Part shown: one piece after another, positions 31,003-40,958 of the stretch
How positions within the stretch are numbered: position 1 is the first letter of the stretch
Layout: every line of letters starts with the position of its first letter
NCBI GenBank assembly: GCA_050951805.1
Contig: JBMNJT010000002.1
Location: 512,001-576,000 of the forward strand
Direction: 5' to 3'
DNA from: Bacillota bacterium
GTDB taxonomy: Bacteria > Bacillota > DTU025
Length of the DNA stretch: 64,000 bases
Position numbers and translations under genes: made by a program
The notes under the pieces: model-generated
Database searches by the model: none
Seen by the model: only the letters and a program-made list of their open reading frames with translations
Told to the model about the DNA's origin: nothing

Positions 31003-31090
31003 GCCGAAGTGGTGGAATTGGCAGACGCGCTAGATTCAGGGTCTAGTGGGGGTTAACCCCGTGCGGGTTCAAGTCCCGCCTTCGGCACCA
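31003..31090 (+). tRNA. trnL: tRNA-Leu (anticodon CAG)
   Basis: Acceptor GCCGAAG/CTTCGGC plus ACCA; anticodon arm CTAGA-TTCAGGG-TCTAG; long variable arm; GGTTCAAGTCC T-arm. Confidence 0.97.
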
Positions 31091-31096
31091 TTATTT

Positions 31097-31127
31097 TGGG
31101 CAGGATTGTTTCCTGCCCATTCATTTT
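31097..31127 (+). terminator. Intrinsic terminator after the tRNA
   Basis: TGGGCAGGA-N5-TCCTGCCCA followed by a T-rich tail. Confidence 0.75.
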
Positions 31128-31339
31128 GTTTCACATCTGAGGGCCCATGCTCTGAGCCTGGCGCAAGAAATCGGTTCCGATCGCTGGCGCCAGGCATCGT
31201 AATTTCTGCTTTCGCAGCACTGAAGTGCTGAGACAGCTTCAGATGGCCTGCGGTATCTGGCAGGCCAAATTGGCAAGCTTCGGCAGCGAGACCACGCGAA
31301 ATCGGCCGCTACCCGCTGACAAGCTGGCCACGCCACCGT

Positions 31340-31933
31340 CTACGGGAAGATGAGCATGACTACGGCAGTTGCCCCAATCCCCACTAATGCGCCTGACCAA
31401 AGCTCGCCTTTGGAATGCCGCTTCATACAAAGCCTGGCCCAGAATACGAGCGGCAGAAGGGCAAAGGCCCAAAGGGCAACAGGGCCTATGACCATTGACA
31501 CGAGAGTCACAGGGCCGGCGAAGCCACATGCATGGCCGCTTGCTTTGAACTTGAAGGCGGCGTTTATAAGGCTTAATAAGCCTCCTGATGCAAGATATGA
31601 TAGAAAGAATGCAGACACAATCCGCGGAGCCTTGGCTATCAGGCAAACTGCGGCGCCGACTACGTAGCATATGACGGAAACTATAAATGCCAATTTTCTC
31701 TGACCTTTTCTGCCTGTCGCTCTGATGCTCGGCACCATGTACGCTACTACATATGAAAACAAGGGAATCGCGGTGAGGAGCATCAGTGTCACCAGATACC
31801 AAGTCGTGCCATCCCCAAACAGCGTAGGATCGTAGTGACGAACCGTTGCTGCAGCGGCGCCCGCCATTACGGGGGGAGCGGTAATGATGCCTATCAATCG
31901 GGCAAACCAGTTCACTGTCTTTTCTTCTTCCAT
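31340..31933 (-). CDS. Integral membrane protein, PAP2-superfamily-like
   Basis: About 6 TM helices; KASGHA and WARL..KRHS motifs. Confidence 0.7.
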   Translation of the reverse strand: MEEEKTVNWFARLIGIITAPPVMAGAAAATVRHYDPTLFGDGTTWYLVTLMLLTAIPLFSYVVAYMVPSIRATGRKGQRKLAFIVSVICYVVGAAVCLIAKAPRIVSAFFLSYLASGGLLSLINAAFKFKASGHACGFAGPVTLVSMVIGPVALWAFALLPLVFWARLCMKRHSKGELWSGALVGIGATAVVMLIFP

Positions 31934-32622
31934 AAGTTGTCCTCCGTTCTTCAGCGCTTACCGAGTAAGCCTCTATTGGATAGTGCGCGGCTAGGGAGTT
32001 TGCGTTGCTTGAAGTTCAGGCCTGAGCCGCCCGGTGAGGATGGGATGCTTCTTTGGAACTGTTCAGGTTGCACGGTACAGATGCAATGGCGGAACGAATA
32101 TCGGTCGGAAGCGACCAGCGCGAGCACTTAACTTTAGTATTATTCTTCACTGGATAGGAGGCTTCCTGCCTCGAAAGCTAGAAGCCCAATACTTGCAGAC
32201 CATTTCAATGCGGTTCTCGGTTGCGTTGTCCTATCTGCCTGACCGGTGCGTATAACCCTGCGGTAGCTGCTTGATATACGTAGAACAGGGAGACAGGCTT
32301 CTTTGACGGTTGGCGCAGCCCCGAAGGTTCTTCATTTGATTGACGATTCCGCAGGTCATTCATCACAGCCATTACCGATGGAGTCGTAGCCGCCTACATA
32401 ACCCTTCGAGGTGCTTTCCGGATATCGGGGCACGGAATCTGGCCGCTCACGAATGCTCTGACATATCGTGAATAGCATTATGTCAAGAACCCGCGGCCTT
32501 GCGAGGTAGATGCGCTGACGGCTGGGCAGTCTTGATGTAGTAGGTTCTGTGAAGGCTGGAAAGGTCAATATGTATTCGGGCACGCGCAGTGAAGTTGGCT
32601 GCAGGGTGCGCGAGTTCGGCTT

Positions 32623-32681
32623 ACTTGCAATATATTGCAAGTTGAGTGCAAGTTGTAGGATTCCTGCCATTTTTGTCGAAT
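32623..32681 (+). promoter_or_regulatory. Perfect 20-bp palindrome followed by a SigH-like promoter
   Basis: ACTTGCAATATATTGCAAGT (32623-32642); AGGA (32657)-N17-GAAT (32678). Confidence 0.6.
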
Positions 32682-32718
32682 CTGCCATATAGCGCCTCCG
32701 AGTCATCTCTTCTTACCC

Positions 32719-32810
32719 GATGATGCTGGAGCGGACATGACCGGTGGCAACTACGTTGTTGCCTGAGGGTCTGGCTGGAAACGGCCTGGCCTCCCGTGTT
32801 TGGAAAGGAG
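32719..32810 (+). ncRNA. Structured 5' leader RNA resembling the ldcC motif (candidate riboswitch)
   Basis: GATGATGCTGG start; GGCAAC/GTTGCC stem (32746-32763); GAGG..GGCTG-GAAA-CGGCC..CCTC hairpin; 3' CCTCCCGTGTTTGGAAAGGAG. Family assignment is from memory, not from a search. Confidence 0.55.
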
Positions 32811-32944
32811 CGCAGGCAGGCTCCGTCACATGCGCGTTCGGTGGCGGACAGGGCATGCCATGCGCTTGCAAGACACGAAACGTCTCTTTGTTCACTGTGT
32901 TGTGATGCTGACCCTCGGCAACGTTAGGAAAGGGGTCTATTCCG

Positions 32945-34486
32945 TTGAAGCAGTTTTCCAATGAACCATTGATGGACTTCTCGATTGTGGAAAATCGAGA
33001 CAGGATGGCTGATGCCCTGGCGACTGTGGAAGAGGAATTCGGACACTATTATCCCCTTATAATCGCAGGTCAACGCGTGGAAACCGAAGAAAGAGTCGCG
33101 TCGGTCAATCCTTGCGCACACGAGCAGGTAGTGGGCTATGTCGCCCAAGCTGACCGGGCCCAGGCCGAAATGGCTATGGAGGAGGCTTGGAAGGCTTTCG
33201 AGACCTGGCGTGAGGTTCCCGCTGAAGGACGCGCTGCTACAGTCCTGAGGCTGTCTGCGCTGATGCGCAAGCGCAAAGCGGAACTCGCTGCCTGGCTCGT
33301 TTTCGAAGTGGGCAAGAATTGGGTGGAGGCGGATGCAGATGTAGCTGAGGCCATCGATTTCTGCGAGTACTACGCTCGGGAGATGATACGGTATGAAGGC
33401 CTCAATCAAGTGTATCCACACCCCAACGAGCAGAATGTGCAGCGTTATATCCCCCTCGGAGTAGGGGTGGTGATCAGCCCGTGGAATTTCCCGTTGGCGA
33501 TCCTCACTGGGATGACGACTGCCGCGGTAGTGGCCGGAAACACTGTGATCATAAAGCCCGCAAATACTGCTGGTGTGATAGCGGCCAAGTTGATGGAGCT
33601 CGTGGATGAGGCAGGTTTTCCTCCAGGCGTCATCAACTACCTGCCCAGCAGCGGCAAAACCATAGGTGACTACCTAGTCCAGCATCCTAAGACAAGGTTT
33701 ATCAACTTTACCGGATCGAAAGATGTGGGCCTTCACATTAACGAAGTGGCCGCCAAACATCAGCCAGGTCAGATATGGATCAAGCGCGTAGTGGCAGAGA
33801 TGGGCGGTAAGGACTTCATCATCGTGGATGAGACGGCTGATTTGGACAAAGCGGCTATGGGGATAGTCAAGTCGGCCTTCGGATACCAAGGGCAAAAGTG
33901 TTCTGCTTGTTCAAGAGCGATAATCGTGGACTCGGTTTACGACGAAGTTCTCGAGAAGACGAGAGAGATGGCTGCCGAATTGAGAGTGGGGGAAGCTGCA
34001 GCAAACTTCGCCGTTAATGCGGTTATCGATGAGAAAGCTTTCAGGAGCATTTCCAACTATATCGATATTGGCCGTGAAGAAGGAAGAATTGTGCTGGGCG
34101 GCGATCGTGATTCCAGTGTCGGGTATTACATAGAGCCCACCATCATAGAGGGTGTGTCTCCCCATGCACGCGTGGCCCAGGAGGAGATTTTCGGGCCTGT
34201 GCTCGCATTTATCCGGGCGGACAGCTATGACCATGCGGTGGAGATCGCCAATTGCACGGAATATGGGCTCACGGGTTCCGTCTACAGCAGGAATAGGGCG
34301 CGATTGGAGTCTGCCAAGGACAAGGTTCATGTGGGAAATCTATATCTTAACAGGCATTGCACCGGGGCATTGGTTGGGCTCCATCCGTTTGGCGGTTTCA
34401 ACCTGAGCGGGACCGACAGCAAGGCGGGGGGCCCCGACTACTTGCTCCTTTTCATGCAGGCTAAAGCGATTTCAGAGGCTATGTAA
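32945..34486 (+). CDS. pruA: Delta-1-pyrroline-5-carboxylate dehydrogenase (RocA/PruA type)
   Basis: FSNEP, ISPWNFP, FTGS, AEMGGKD, GQKCSACSR, EEIFGP, PFGGFNLSGTDSKAGGPDYL. Confidence 0.95.
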   Translation: MKQFSNEPLMDFSIVENRDRMADALATVEEEFGHYYPLIIAGQRVETEERVASVNPCAHEQVVGYVAQADRAQAEMAMEEAWKAFETWREVPAEGRAATVLRLSALMRKRKAELAAWLVFEVGKNWVEADADVAEAIDFCEYYAREMIRYEGLNQVYPHPNEQNVQRYIPLGVGVVISPWNFPLAILTGMTTAAVVAGNTVIIKPANTAGVIAAKLMELVDEAGFPPGVINYLPSSGKTIGDYLVQHPKTRFINFTGSKDVGLHINEVAAKHQPGQIWIKRVVAEMGGKDFIIVDETADLDKAAMGIVKSAFGYQGQKCSACSRAIIVDSVYDEVLEKTREMAAELRVGEAAANFAVNAVIDEKAFRSISNYIDIGREEGRIVLGGDRDSSVGYYIEPTIIEGVSPHARVAQEEIFGPVLAFIRADSYDHAVEIANCTEYGLTGSVYSRNRARLESAKDKVHVGNLYLNRHCTGALVGLHPFGGFNLSGTDSKAGGPDYLLLFMQAKAISEAM

Positions 34487-34540
34487 GGTCTAAAGCTCGC
34501 AAAAGATCGGAGTTTATCTCCGCCCTCCGCCATGATACAA

Positions 34541-34585
34541 TGGCCGAGCCTTAAGATGGCAAAGAGCATCTTTGTGGGCTCGGCC
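34541..34585. terminator. Hairpin between convergent genes
   Basis: GGCCGAGCC...GGCTCGGCC inverted repeat. Confidence 0.55.
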
Positions 34586-34601
34586 TCGTCCTTTTACGCG
34601 T

Positions 34602-35108
34602 TCATGCCGAAAGATAGGCGAGGCCTAACCCCAGCAGTAAGAGGCCGAGAAGCAGACAACTGGCGAGAATGGTGTATGTGACGATGACTTGTAACCCGAT
34701 CAGCTTCGACTGGTGCAGAAGCCATACAAGAAGGGGTATCAGCGGTGGCAGGGCAAGGGGGATCGCGGTCCCTGCAATTGCGAGGGCTGAGGCGATTATC
34801 AACAGCACGCCTGCGAGTCCTACCAAAAGCTTGTGACTAAACCTGGCAGATGTGGACGCAGAACATGAGAAGCCCGACCGAATCCGCGTTTTATCAGCGC
34901 GCGCAAGATCCCTATCGTACTGGGCGCGACGGGTGGGGTCGATAAGTGTGCTGTATGCCCGGGAAATAGCTAAAAAGCGTTCGTGCGCCTCAGGGCTGTG
35001 GCACACGTCGGGATGCCACAGCCTAGCTTTCTCGCGAAAGGCCGCCCTTATCAGTTCTTCACCGGCGTGTTGAGAAACGCCGAGAATAGCGTAATAGTCG
35101 ATCATCAT
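34602..35108 (-). CDS. DnaJ J-domain protein with C-terminal TM helices
   Basis: DYYAILGV...IRAAFR..A..WHPD...AY.TL.DP.RR..YD. Confidence 0.9.
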   Translation of the reverse strand: MMIDYYAILGVSQHAGEELIRAAFREKARLWHPDVCHSPEAHERFLAISRAYSTLIDPTRRAQYDRDLARADKTRIRSGFSCSASTSARFSHKLLVGLAGVLLIIASALAIAGTAIPLALPPLIPLLVWLLHQSKLIGLQVIVTYTILASCLLLGLLLLGLGLAYLSA

Positions 35109-35132
35109 GCACCACCATCATGCGTGTGGGGC

Positions 35133-35651
35133 TCAATCGCGCTTTGCCTTCCATTCTTTGAGCATGATCAGCCCCAGTCTGGCATTGTGCGCATTGAACA
35201 CGATTCTGCCATCTGGCATTAGAATGCCCGCCTCACAGGGCCGCTCCGTCATTGCCCACTCGATGAAGTCGTTCAGAACGCGCCCGATTGCGGCCTTAGT
35301 CTGAGGAACGGGTCTGGCTATGATCGACTTGATCATACCGTCAGCCACCTCGAACTCCGCCTCATACTGGGCTGTCCCGATTCCTGTTTCGAGGAGCCAT
35401 TCACTAGACGCCATTACTCGGGCGCGCAGCCTGTTTTCCTTTACAGAGACAGGATTAATGTGTATGTGAGTATGCAGCTCGATATCGTAATCAGTCTTTC
35501 CTTGAAGGGCGGGTTTGCCCTCTATGGCCATGATGTTTTCGACTTGGAATTTTGCGTCCGGGGCGTATAGAGAGTTTATGGTTTTCGCATCATGATCGTT
35601 GTAGGCGTCCTCAAATGCTCGGACAACGTCGAGAGGTTCACCGGCAATCAC
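35133..35651 (-). CDS. SnoaL/NTF2-like protein
   Basis: VVRAFEDAYN.HD...I.SLYAPDA N-terminus. Confidence 0.7.
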   Translation of the reverse strand: MIAGEPLDVVRAFEDAYNDHDAKTINSLYAPDAKFQVENIMAIEGKPALQGKTDYDIELHTHIHINPVSVKENRLRARVMASSEWLLETGIGTAQYEAEFEVADGMIKSIIARPVPQTKAAIGRVLNDFIEWAMTERPCEAGILMPDGRIVFNAHNARLGLIMLKEWKAKRD

Positions 35652-36260
35652 ATTCCAACACCTCGCTCATCTTGATCAGATTGTCGAACGTCGCTAGCGC
35701 AGGATTTTCTGAGCGCGCGATGGATCATGGATGATAGCCTAGAGGATTGAAGATGGGCTTGATCCTCCTTCACGTGTATCTCCTGAGGATTTGTCAGACA
35801 GCCGGGTTGCATATTGCCTATTCTAGATTCGCCCACGTACACCTGCAAACTATTCCATCAAGGCGTTTGCCTGCCACTTAGCTGCGTCCATCATAAGCGA
35901 ATACTTCCGGTCTTGCCGCTTCTGTGGTGTTGGAACGTTCAATTTGGGAGATGGCTGCACGGATCTTGAATGGTAGGTGCGTCGAGGCGTACCGCATGTC
36001 GGGGCCGAATATGACTTTAAAGCTCCCAAATATCATCTTACCATGTGCCGTGCTAGAGAAGGTGATGTATAATTGTATGAGGGTGGCTGTTCCCTCATGC
36101 TTCGCGTCGTCAAGGCAGAAGACGGGTTTGAGATGGCAAAAAAGAACGCAGACGGGGCCATGAAGATCTATTCGAATTCTAGATCTTGACGACCTCTGAT
36201 AGGGATATGCCTTTTGGCACTGTGATTTTGAAGGTGGCTGCGAACAGGAGGGATTCTTTG

Positions 36261-37040
36261 ATGATCAATGCACTCGGGCTTACCAAGAGGTTCGGCGACA
36301 CGCTTGCCGTTGACAGCCTTGATCTTCATGTAGGCGCAGGCGAGATATTCGGCTTTCTCGGTCCCAATGGAGCCGGTAAGACCACTTCTATCAATATGAT
36401 GATAGGGATTCTCACTCCTACCGCGGGTCGCGTCGAGCTCGCAGGGATAGATGTGGCAAAGGATCCTCTCAAGGCCAAGGCGATTATTGGTTACGTGCCA
36501 GACCAGCCCAATATCTACGAGAAACTTACAGCCTGGGAGTTCTTGATGTTCGTGGCCAATCTCCACGAAGTTGAGAGAGGACGGGCCGAAAAAAAGGCTA
36601 GGAACCTTTTGAAGATGTTTGATCTTCTGGATCGGGCTGATGAGCAACTGGGTGGATACTCGCATGGGATGAAGCAAAAGGTCGTCATAGCCAGCGCGCT
36701 CTTGCATGAGCCTAAGATACTGTTTATGGACGAACCTACTGTAGGACTTGATCCAGGGAGCGCTAGGCTGGTAAAGGATATCCTCCGCGAGCTTGCTTCG
36801 GAGGGCGTCACGGTTTTCATGAGCACACATGTACTAGAGATCGCAGAGCGGATGTGCGATCGGGTGGGTATTATTCAAAAGGGGAGATTGCTGGCTGTGG
36901 GCAACATGGACGATCTACGTGAGGTCGCGGCGGCCAAAGGCGCCATGAAGCATCCGGAGGCTTCCACGTTGGAAGACCTTTTCATAGAACTAACTGGCGG
37001 TTCCGATTATGCAGAAGTCTCCAGATACTTGGAGGGCTAG
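36261..37040 (+). CDS. ABC exporter ATP-binding protein
   Basis: GPNGAGKTT, YSHGMKQK, FMDEPTVGLDP, STH. Confidence 0.95.
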   Translation: MINALGLTKRFGDTLAVDSLDLHVGAGEIFGFLGPNGAGKTTSINMMIGILTPTAGRVELAGIDVAKDPLKAKAIIGYVPDQPNIYEKLTAWEFLMFVANLHEVERGRAEKKARNLLKMFDLLDRADEQLGGYSHGMKQKVVIASALLHEPKILFMDEPTVGLDPGSARLVKDILRELASEGVTVFMSTHVLEIAERMCDRVGIIQKGRLLAVGNMDDLREVAAAKGAMKHPEASTLEDLFIELTGGSDYAEVSRYLEG

Positions 37041-37045
37041 ACGAC

Positions 37046-38839
37046 ATGGACAAGACGTTTCTCATCCTATCAGTTGAACTTCGACAAGCGTTTCGAGGAA
37101 CCCGGGGTGAGAGTGAAAAATCGAGTCAGGGCAAGCGCATAGCGAGAAATGCCCTGGGCTATTTGGCTCTTATCAGTTTGGCCATTTTCGTAGGTACCAG
37201 TGTGTACAATATCGCTGCGGCCTTGTCCGATACGCTTGCCGCTTATCCAGACATGGTGCGGGCAGTATGGTTGAACCTGATGTCAGGTTTATCACTAGGA
37301 GTTTTCGTCATGCTCTTCATGACAGGTATCTCCGTGGTCTATCAAGCTTTGTATGATTCGGGCGATCTCAAATTCCTGTTGAGCACCCCCACACCTGTGG
37401 GTTCAGTGGTTGGGGCGAAGTTGACGGTGGCCCTTGTGAGGAACCTGGCGGCGCTTGTCCCATTCATGTACCCGATATGGGTTGGATATGGTGCCGGTAG
37501 TCGCGCACCGTTCTCTTTCTACTTCATGTCCATCCTGGCGATCCTCCTCGCTGCACTGCTGTTTACCGCGGTGACGGCCATTTTCGCAATGATAGTAATG
37601 AGGAACGTTCCAACTCAGAAGATGAGGCAAGTCATCATGATCGGCTCGCTTGTTGTGGGATTTATGTTCGTCCTCGCCACGCAAGTTCTCAGCGCCAAGA
37701 TGACCCGTTCCAATGGCCTCGATGCCACAGCCTTGGCGCAGGCGGCCCAGGGCTGGGGACTGGGCAGGACATGGTATTTGCCACATGTCTGGGTGGTTAA
37801 AACGGCCTTTCTCACTACGCCGGGATTTGGATTTTCACTCTGGGAATCGCTTTTTCCTCTGGCTGTTGCTGCGATAGGGGCATTTGTAGGCGCCATAGGC
37901 TTGTCGGCCAATGCTTTTGTGACTGGTTGGTCAGCTGCAGGCGATGTGGAGACTGGCAAGTCAGGCGCCATGCGTCGTCGACGAACGCGTAAAGGGACCG
38001 GAGAGAAAGCAATCTGTTGTGAGCTGGCTGACGACGCCGAATCAGAAATGCCCGATACGATGATTCGAAGACATACCGGGCAGGGTTGGGGGATCTTTGC
38101 CAAGGACTTGACCATCATAAAGAGACAGCCCATTATATGGTATAGCATTCTTGTAGCCATAGTAGCATCTGGATTTTACCTCTATAACATGTCCTACGGG
38201 GCGCGTTCGGGCGATGTGGGAGCCATTCCCGATATAATGAAGGACGTGATTCTTTTTGTCTTAGTCATGATGTCGACGATTTCTTCAGGGCAGATAGCCG
38301 GCATGTGCATCAGTATGGATGGGGAGAGCCTCTGGCTGCTTCGATCCATGCCCATCGACCCTGGGACGTACTTCAACGCTAAAATGGCGCTGGCGGTCAT
38401 GCCCGGGGCCACAGTCTTCACCGTGCTCGCGCTGGCTATGGCTCTTATCCCCGACATTCCTCAATATCCGCTCTACCTGTCGCTTCCTGTGGGATACGCC
38501 GCCATATCCATGCTTGGCGCGCTGGAGGTCATGTCTGATGCAATGAGGCCCAATTTCAGCCTCAGAATGTCGGGGGCATCAGGGACGCAAAACCAGAAAG
38601 ACCCTGGCAAGTCGCTCATATCCTTGGGAATCAGTATGGCAGGGACATTCGTCTTGGGTGCGGCTTTTGCATTCAATAACTACTATTCGCATCTCGGCTT
38701 TTCTGAGGGTATGAGTAGACAAGCGGCAATCCTTGTTGGCACGATCGCTTTTGCAACTATAGTCGTCGCAGGACATGCGATTGCGCGAAGTCTGGCTTTA
38801 GCCAGCATCAAGCGTATATTGAGAGGCGAATCAAACTGA
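37046..38839 (+). CDS. ABC-2-type exporter permease (duplicated membrane domain)
   Basis: About 12-14 TM helices; DLKFLLSTP and DGESLWLLRSMP repeats. Confidence 0.85.
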   Translation: MDKTFLILSVELRQAFRGTRGESEKSSQGKRIARNALGYLALISLAIFVGTSVYNIAAALSDTLAAYPDMVRAVWLNLMSGLSLGVFVMLFMTGISVVYQALYDSGDLKFLLSTPTPVGSVVGAKLTVALVRNLAALVPFMYPIWVGYGAGSRAPFSFYFMSILAILLAALLFTAVTAIFAMIVMRNVPTQKMRQVIMIGSLVVGFMFVLATQVLSAKMTRSNGLDATALAQAAQGWGLGRTWYLPHVWVVKTAFLTTPGFGFSLWESLFPLAVAAIGAFVGAIGLSANAFVTGWSAAGDVETGKSGAMRRRRTRKGTGEKAICCELADDAESEMPDTMIRRHTGQGWGIFAKDLTIIKRQPIIWYSILVAIVASGFYLYNMSYGARSGDVGAIPDIMKDVILFVLVMMSTISSGQIAGMCISMDGESLWLLRSMPIDPGTYFNAKMALAVMPGATVFTVLALAMALIPDIPQYPLYLSLPVGYAAISMLGALEVMSDAMRPNFSLRMSGASGTQNQKDPGKSLISLGISMAGTFVLGAAFAFNNYYSHLGFSEGMSRQAAILVGTIAFATIVVAGHAIARSLALASIKRILRGESN

Positions 38840-38869
38840 GCAAAAACCGCTTTGTGCTGGGCACAGGCG

Positions 38870-39610
38870 TACGTTGTCCCCATCGGTTTCATGGGATGCT
38901 GTAAGCGATCTAGAAGGTCGTAAAACAGAGGGGGAAGGTGGGGACCGATTGGGGATTTCCTATGGACCTATCCAAATCCTTCGACTGCGTCAATCATGAT
39001 ATCGTCATGGCCAAGGTGGCTAGGGTGGTCGAAGATAGGCTGGTGCTCAAGCTTATCCGGGAGTTTTTCGAGGCTAGAGTCATGGAAGACGACGTGTGTA
39101 AGAACTGAGTAGGGCGAGGCACAAGTCGGTCCGAGGAGTCCTCTGTTCGCCAACATCATGCTGAACGACCTAGGATGAGAACTCGAGAAGAGAGGGCATA
39201 GATTCACTAAAAGTCGGCGCGCCGGAGAACGGGTGATGGCGAGCGTTCGACGTTTTGTGGAGGGGAAATCTGAAGTTCAAGCTCCAATTGTGGAAATCAG
39301 GCCGCAACCACGACCCGGGAGCGGTCTAAAGAGCGGATTTGGAGGCTCATCGGCCTCAGCGAGAGGTCGAGTATCGACAGAGGCCTTTGCGAGCTCAGTC
39401 TCTACCTGTGTGGGTGGACGGGATACTGCCGGATCGCGCGGACACCTAGGGTATACCAGAGGCTAGACTAATGGATGCAGCGATGCACGCGGCTTGGCAA
39501 GGTCATCCAAAGCCGAAGTCTTCTCGGACACCGGTATTTTGCAAGGCAACGCGGGTTTGAATACTGGGGTGTTGCCGCGTTCTTTCCTACTGTGGATAGG
39601 CTTTTAGCGA
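38870..39610 (+). pseudogene. ltrA: Decayed group II intron reverse transcriptase/maturase
   Basis: DLSKSFDCVNHD..MAKVAR.V.D..VLKLIR; after a frameshift *G..Q.GP.SPLFANIML..L.*ELEKRGHRF-T-KSRRAGERVM; later X-domain L..YL.GW.GY......Y.RLD*W. Multiple stops. Confidence 0.85.
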
Positions 39611-39631
39611 AGTGGAAGCGCAACTTGGCGC

Positions 39632-40387
39632 TTAGGGCCGTTTGCTCGCAAGCGACCTTGCTGCTTCGGAGTCTGCATAGGCCTCATCCCATTTTGCTCC
39701 GAAATCGTCCCCGCCTGCTATGTTCGAGCTCATCATCACAGGCGGTTCAATACCCATTTCATGCAGCTTGCCAATGACCTTGACAGATATTGCGTTGACA
39801 ATCGCGATCCCAGCTAATGTTGATGTCGGGCCGATCTTTATCGGGGATGCGCACGTATCGAGCATTGCATCTCCTGGAATGCTGCAATTGTCCACCACGA
39901 TGTCTGCTGCCTCAAACAACCTCTTGCCGCTAGGATGGCGGGAAGACTCGGCTTTACTGTGTCTTACTGACGTGATAGCTATTACGGTGACCCCCCGAGA
40001 CTTGGCGCCAAGCGCCATTTCGACCGGAACCGAGTTGATGCCGGAATTGGATATGACAATAAGCGAATCGCCTGGGCGGATGCCCGAGTCGTCCAGTATG
40101 ATGCCGGCATATCCCTCCAGGCGTTCCAGGGCGGTGGCCTTTTTAGGGGAGCTGTGCAACGTCATGGCGTGTTCGACTATGGGTCTGACAGGCACCAAAC
40201 TGCCTGCCCGGTGGAACGGTTCTACGGCGACTGACGCTGAATGTCCGGTGCCAAAAAGATATAGCAGGCCTCCGTGGCTCAGCGAATTTGCAATTGCGGA
40301 AGCCGCCTTCTCGATCGCGCCCATTTGAGTCGTGGCGATTTCGTCGAGCACCTTTTCGGCGCCACGTAAATATGAATAGCCAAGCAC
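39632..40387 (-). CDS. SIS-domain sugar isomerase-like protein (UPF0309-like)
   Basis: LFGTGHS, RAGSL, ISNSGIN..PVEMA, SRHPSGKRL, GPTST. Confidence 0.9.
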   Translation of the reverse strand: MLGYSYLRGAEKVLDEIATTQMGAIEKAASAIANSLSHGGLLYLFGTGHSASVAVEPFHRAGSLVPVRPIVEHAMTLHSSPKKATALERLEGYAGIILDDSGIRPGDSLIVISNSGINSVPVEMALGAKSRGVTVIAITSVRHSKAESSRHPSGKRLFEAADIVVDNCSIPGDAMLDTCASPIKIGPTSTLAGIAIVNAISVKVIGKLHEMGIEPPVMMSSNIAGGDDFGAKWDEAYADSEAARSLASKRP

Positions 40388-40958
40388 TGCCTAGCCCACC
40401 TCCGGACAATCCGTCCTGCTCGCGAATTTGCTACAGAATCGAGAATTCTGAACTTAATTCGATTTTCCTTCATGGTATTTGTGACAAATCGAGTCTGAAG
40501 GACAAAGATCTGTGCGGCAATGGGAATACTTCAGAAGGTATATGTATATCAATGTAGAATAAATCTACAAATCAGAGTGGTGTGTCCGTATGTCGAACTG
40601 ACGGATAGGTGAGTGCTTCAGGGGGCCAGCACGTGACAGAACTGGAGCGAGGGTGGTCGCCTGAAATTGGCAGGAAGCGAAAGGGACGTGGCATGGCTAT
40701 ATTTCGGCGCCTATCGCTGTAGCCATAAAGGCACCTCGTAGATTCTCGGATTTGGTGTACATATCGGCGCATTGCGGCGTATCTCGCGTTCGCGTTTATT
40801 TGAAAACTCTCCTTCAAAGGGATAGAATGGCATGTGCATACATTCATAGTAATGAACTGTAATCTTGACATCTGAGGATGGAGGCGTATTTGAAGGGTGT
40901 GATGTTATCTTCATCGGAGTGATGCAGGAAAAAAATCCAGTGATTGGAGGGGATTGAT

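Noticed and set aside
31003-31340. tRNA-Leu as the attachment site of an integrated element
   Set aside because: No integrase is adjacent and I saw no duplicated tRNA 3' end in the window.
32340-32530. Possible GNAT acetyltransferase remnant (AITDGVVAAYITL...GYRG)
   Set aside because: Too short and too frameshifted to support without a search.
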